From contig DATBMY010000539.1 in assembly GCA_036554605.1 (NCBI GenBank), positions 7,010 to 31,009 on the forward strand: 24,000 nt of DNA, given 5' to 3'. The notes below the pieces were generated by a model that had not been told where the DNA came from, did not search any database, and saw nothing but the letters and a program-made list of their open reading frames with translations. The first letter of the stretch is position 1, and each line of letters opens with the position of its first letter. Source of the stretch: Blastocatellia bacterium. GTDB taxonomy: Bacteria > Acidobacteriota > Blastocatellia > UBA7656. Both the position numbers and the translations under genes were made by a program. This document shows positions 22,963 to 24,000 of this stretch, piece after piece.

Positions 22963-24000
22963 GTGAGCAGGAAAGTACTCTTCGCTTTTTTCGCAGCCCT
23001 TTTATCAAGCAAGATGATACTGGCCGATAACTGGCCGCAGTGGCGCGGTCCCGCGCTCAACGGCATAAGCTCGGAAAAGAACCTGCCGGCGCGATGGACC
23101 GCCGAAGAGAACATAACATGGAAGCTCGCGCTTCCTGCCTGGAGCGGCTCGACGCCGATCATATGGGGCGAGCGGATTTTTCTCAACGTCGCCGAGGGCG
23201 ATAACCTTTACGTGTGGTGCGTAGACCGCGCGAAAGGAGAACTCTTGTGGAAGCGCCCGCTCGGGAGCGGCAACGTCAAACTGCGCAAGCAGAACATGTC
23301 GTCGCCTTCGCCGGTAACCGACGGCAAGAGCGTTTACGTGATGACCGGGACGGGCGTGCTCAAAGGCTTCGACTTCAGCGGCAAGGAGCTATGGTCGCGC
23401 GACGTGCAGAAAGATTATGGCCAGTTCGGATTGAACTGGGGCTACGCCTCTTCGCCGCTGCTTTATGAAGACGCGCTGTTCGTGCAGGTGCTTCATGGTA
23501 TGAAGACTGACGATCCTTCCTACGTGATGCGGATTGATAAGAATACTGGAAAGACGCTCTGGAAAGTAGAGCGGCCCACACCTGCGATAAAGGAATCGCC
23601 CGATTCTTACACGACCCCGGCGCTGCTGCGCTACGACAACAAGATCGAGATTGTAATCACCGGCGGCGACATCGTGACCGGGCACGACCCCGTGACCGGA
23701 AAAGAGCTCTGGCGGGCGGGCGGGCTCAATCCGGAGAATCACCCGTTTTATCGCATAGTCGCTTCGCCGATAGTTTTCGACAACATCATCTACGCGCCCA
23801 CGCGCGTAAAGCCGCTTCTGGCGATCAAGGCGGGCGGCCGCGGCGACATAACCGAGACGCACCGGCTCTGGGCTTTTCCCAACGGCCCGGACGTTCCCAC
23901 GCCGGTCACCGACGGGAAGTATTTCTACGTAGTTGACGACAGGGGCGTTGCCTGGTGTCTGGACGCTAAGACGGGACAGGCCATCTGGGGCCCGCAGCGA
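22963..24000 (+). CDS. Secreted PQQ-like beta-propeller repeat protein, paralog, 3' end outside the window
   Basis: Absent from the ORF track because it runs off the window. GTG 22963 is preceded by AGGAGGAG. I translated it by hand as [34 protein letters not shown]...[11 protein letters not shown]...GKELWSRD...GKTLWKVE and found the frame open to position 24000. Confidence 0.8.
   Translation, partial: MSRKVLFAFFAALLSSKMILADNWPQWRGPALNGISSEKNLPARWTAEENITWKLALPAWSGSTPIIWGERIFLNVAEGDNLYVWCVDRAKGELLWKRPLGSGNVKLRKQNMSSPSPVTDGKSVYVMTGTGVLKGFDFSGKELWSRDVQKDYGQFGLNWGYASSPLLYEDALFVQVLHGMKTDDPSYVMRIDKNTGKTLWKVERPTPAIKESPDSYTTPALLRYDNKIEIVITGGDIVTGHDPVTGKELWRAGGLNPENHPFYRIVASPIVFDNIIYAPTRVKPLLAIKAGGRGDITETHRLWAFPNGPDVPTPVTDGKYFYVVDDRGVAWCLDAKTGQAIWGPQR

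Overview
The window is GC-rich bacterial DNA, roughly 60-70% GC in spot counts of coding regions. The gene content looks Acidobacteriota-like, but that cannot be verified here. It has two main parts. (1) Positions 3.2-11.3 kb hold a complete RtcR-controlled RNA-repair locus. rtcR (CARF plus sigma54 AAA+ activator) is transcribed on the + strand. Diverging from it on the - strand is an operon with a sigma54-type promoter, followed by rsr (Ro60/TROVE-vWA), three tandem Y-RNA-like modules, rtcB, a three-ORF low-GC cassette and rtcA. One Y-RNA module is a textbook circularly permuted tRNA mimic. rtcB is interrupted at its metal-binding Cys by a 325-aa intein carrying an HNH endonuclease. The cassette encodes an unknown 61-aa ORF, a small DUF104/AbrB-like protein and a retropepsin-like aspartic protease. 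(2) Positions 13.4-24 kb hold a co-directional envelope cluster: a LuxE-like adenylating enzyme, a LuxC-like acyl-CoA reductase (ALDH superfamily), a GT4 glycosyltransferase, a MacB/LolD-type ABC ATPase, a 1131-aa double-FtsX permease and two secreted PQQ-like beta-propeller paralogs. This cluster is punctuated by unusual intergenic elements: a tandem 14-nt repeat, a structured leader without a Shine-Dalgarno (SD) ribosome-binding motif, and a 66-nt AT-rich palindrome built from GTAAAAA heptamers. The left end (0.1-3.0 kb) carries a small secreted protein, a TetR regulator flanked by a 14-bp inverted box, a TPR protein and a hemerythrin-like protein. A TolB-like propeller/DUF885-like fusion protein lies between the two main parts. 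No rRNA gene, bona fide tRNA gene, CRISPR array or transposase was seen. Many track ORFs are antisense shadows of the real genes.
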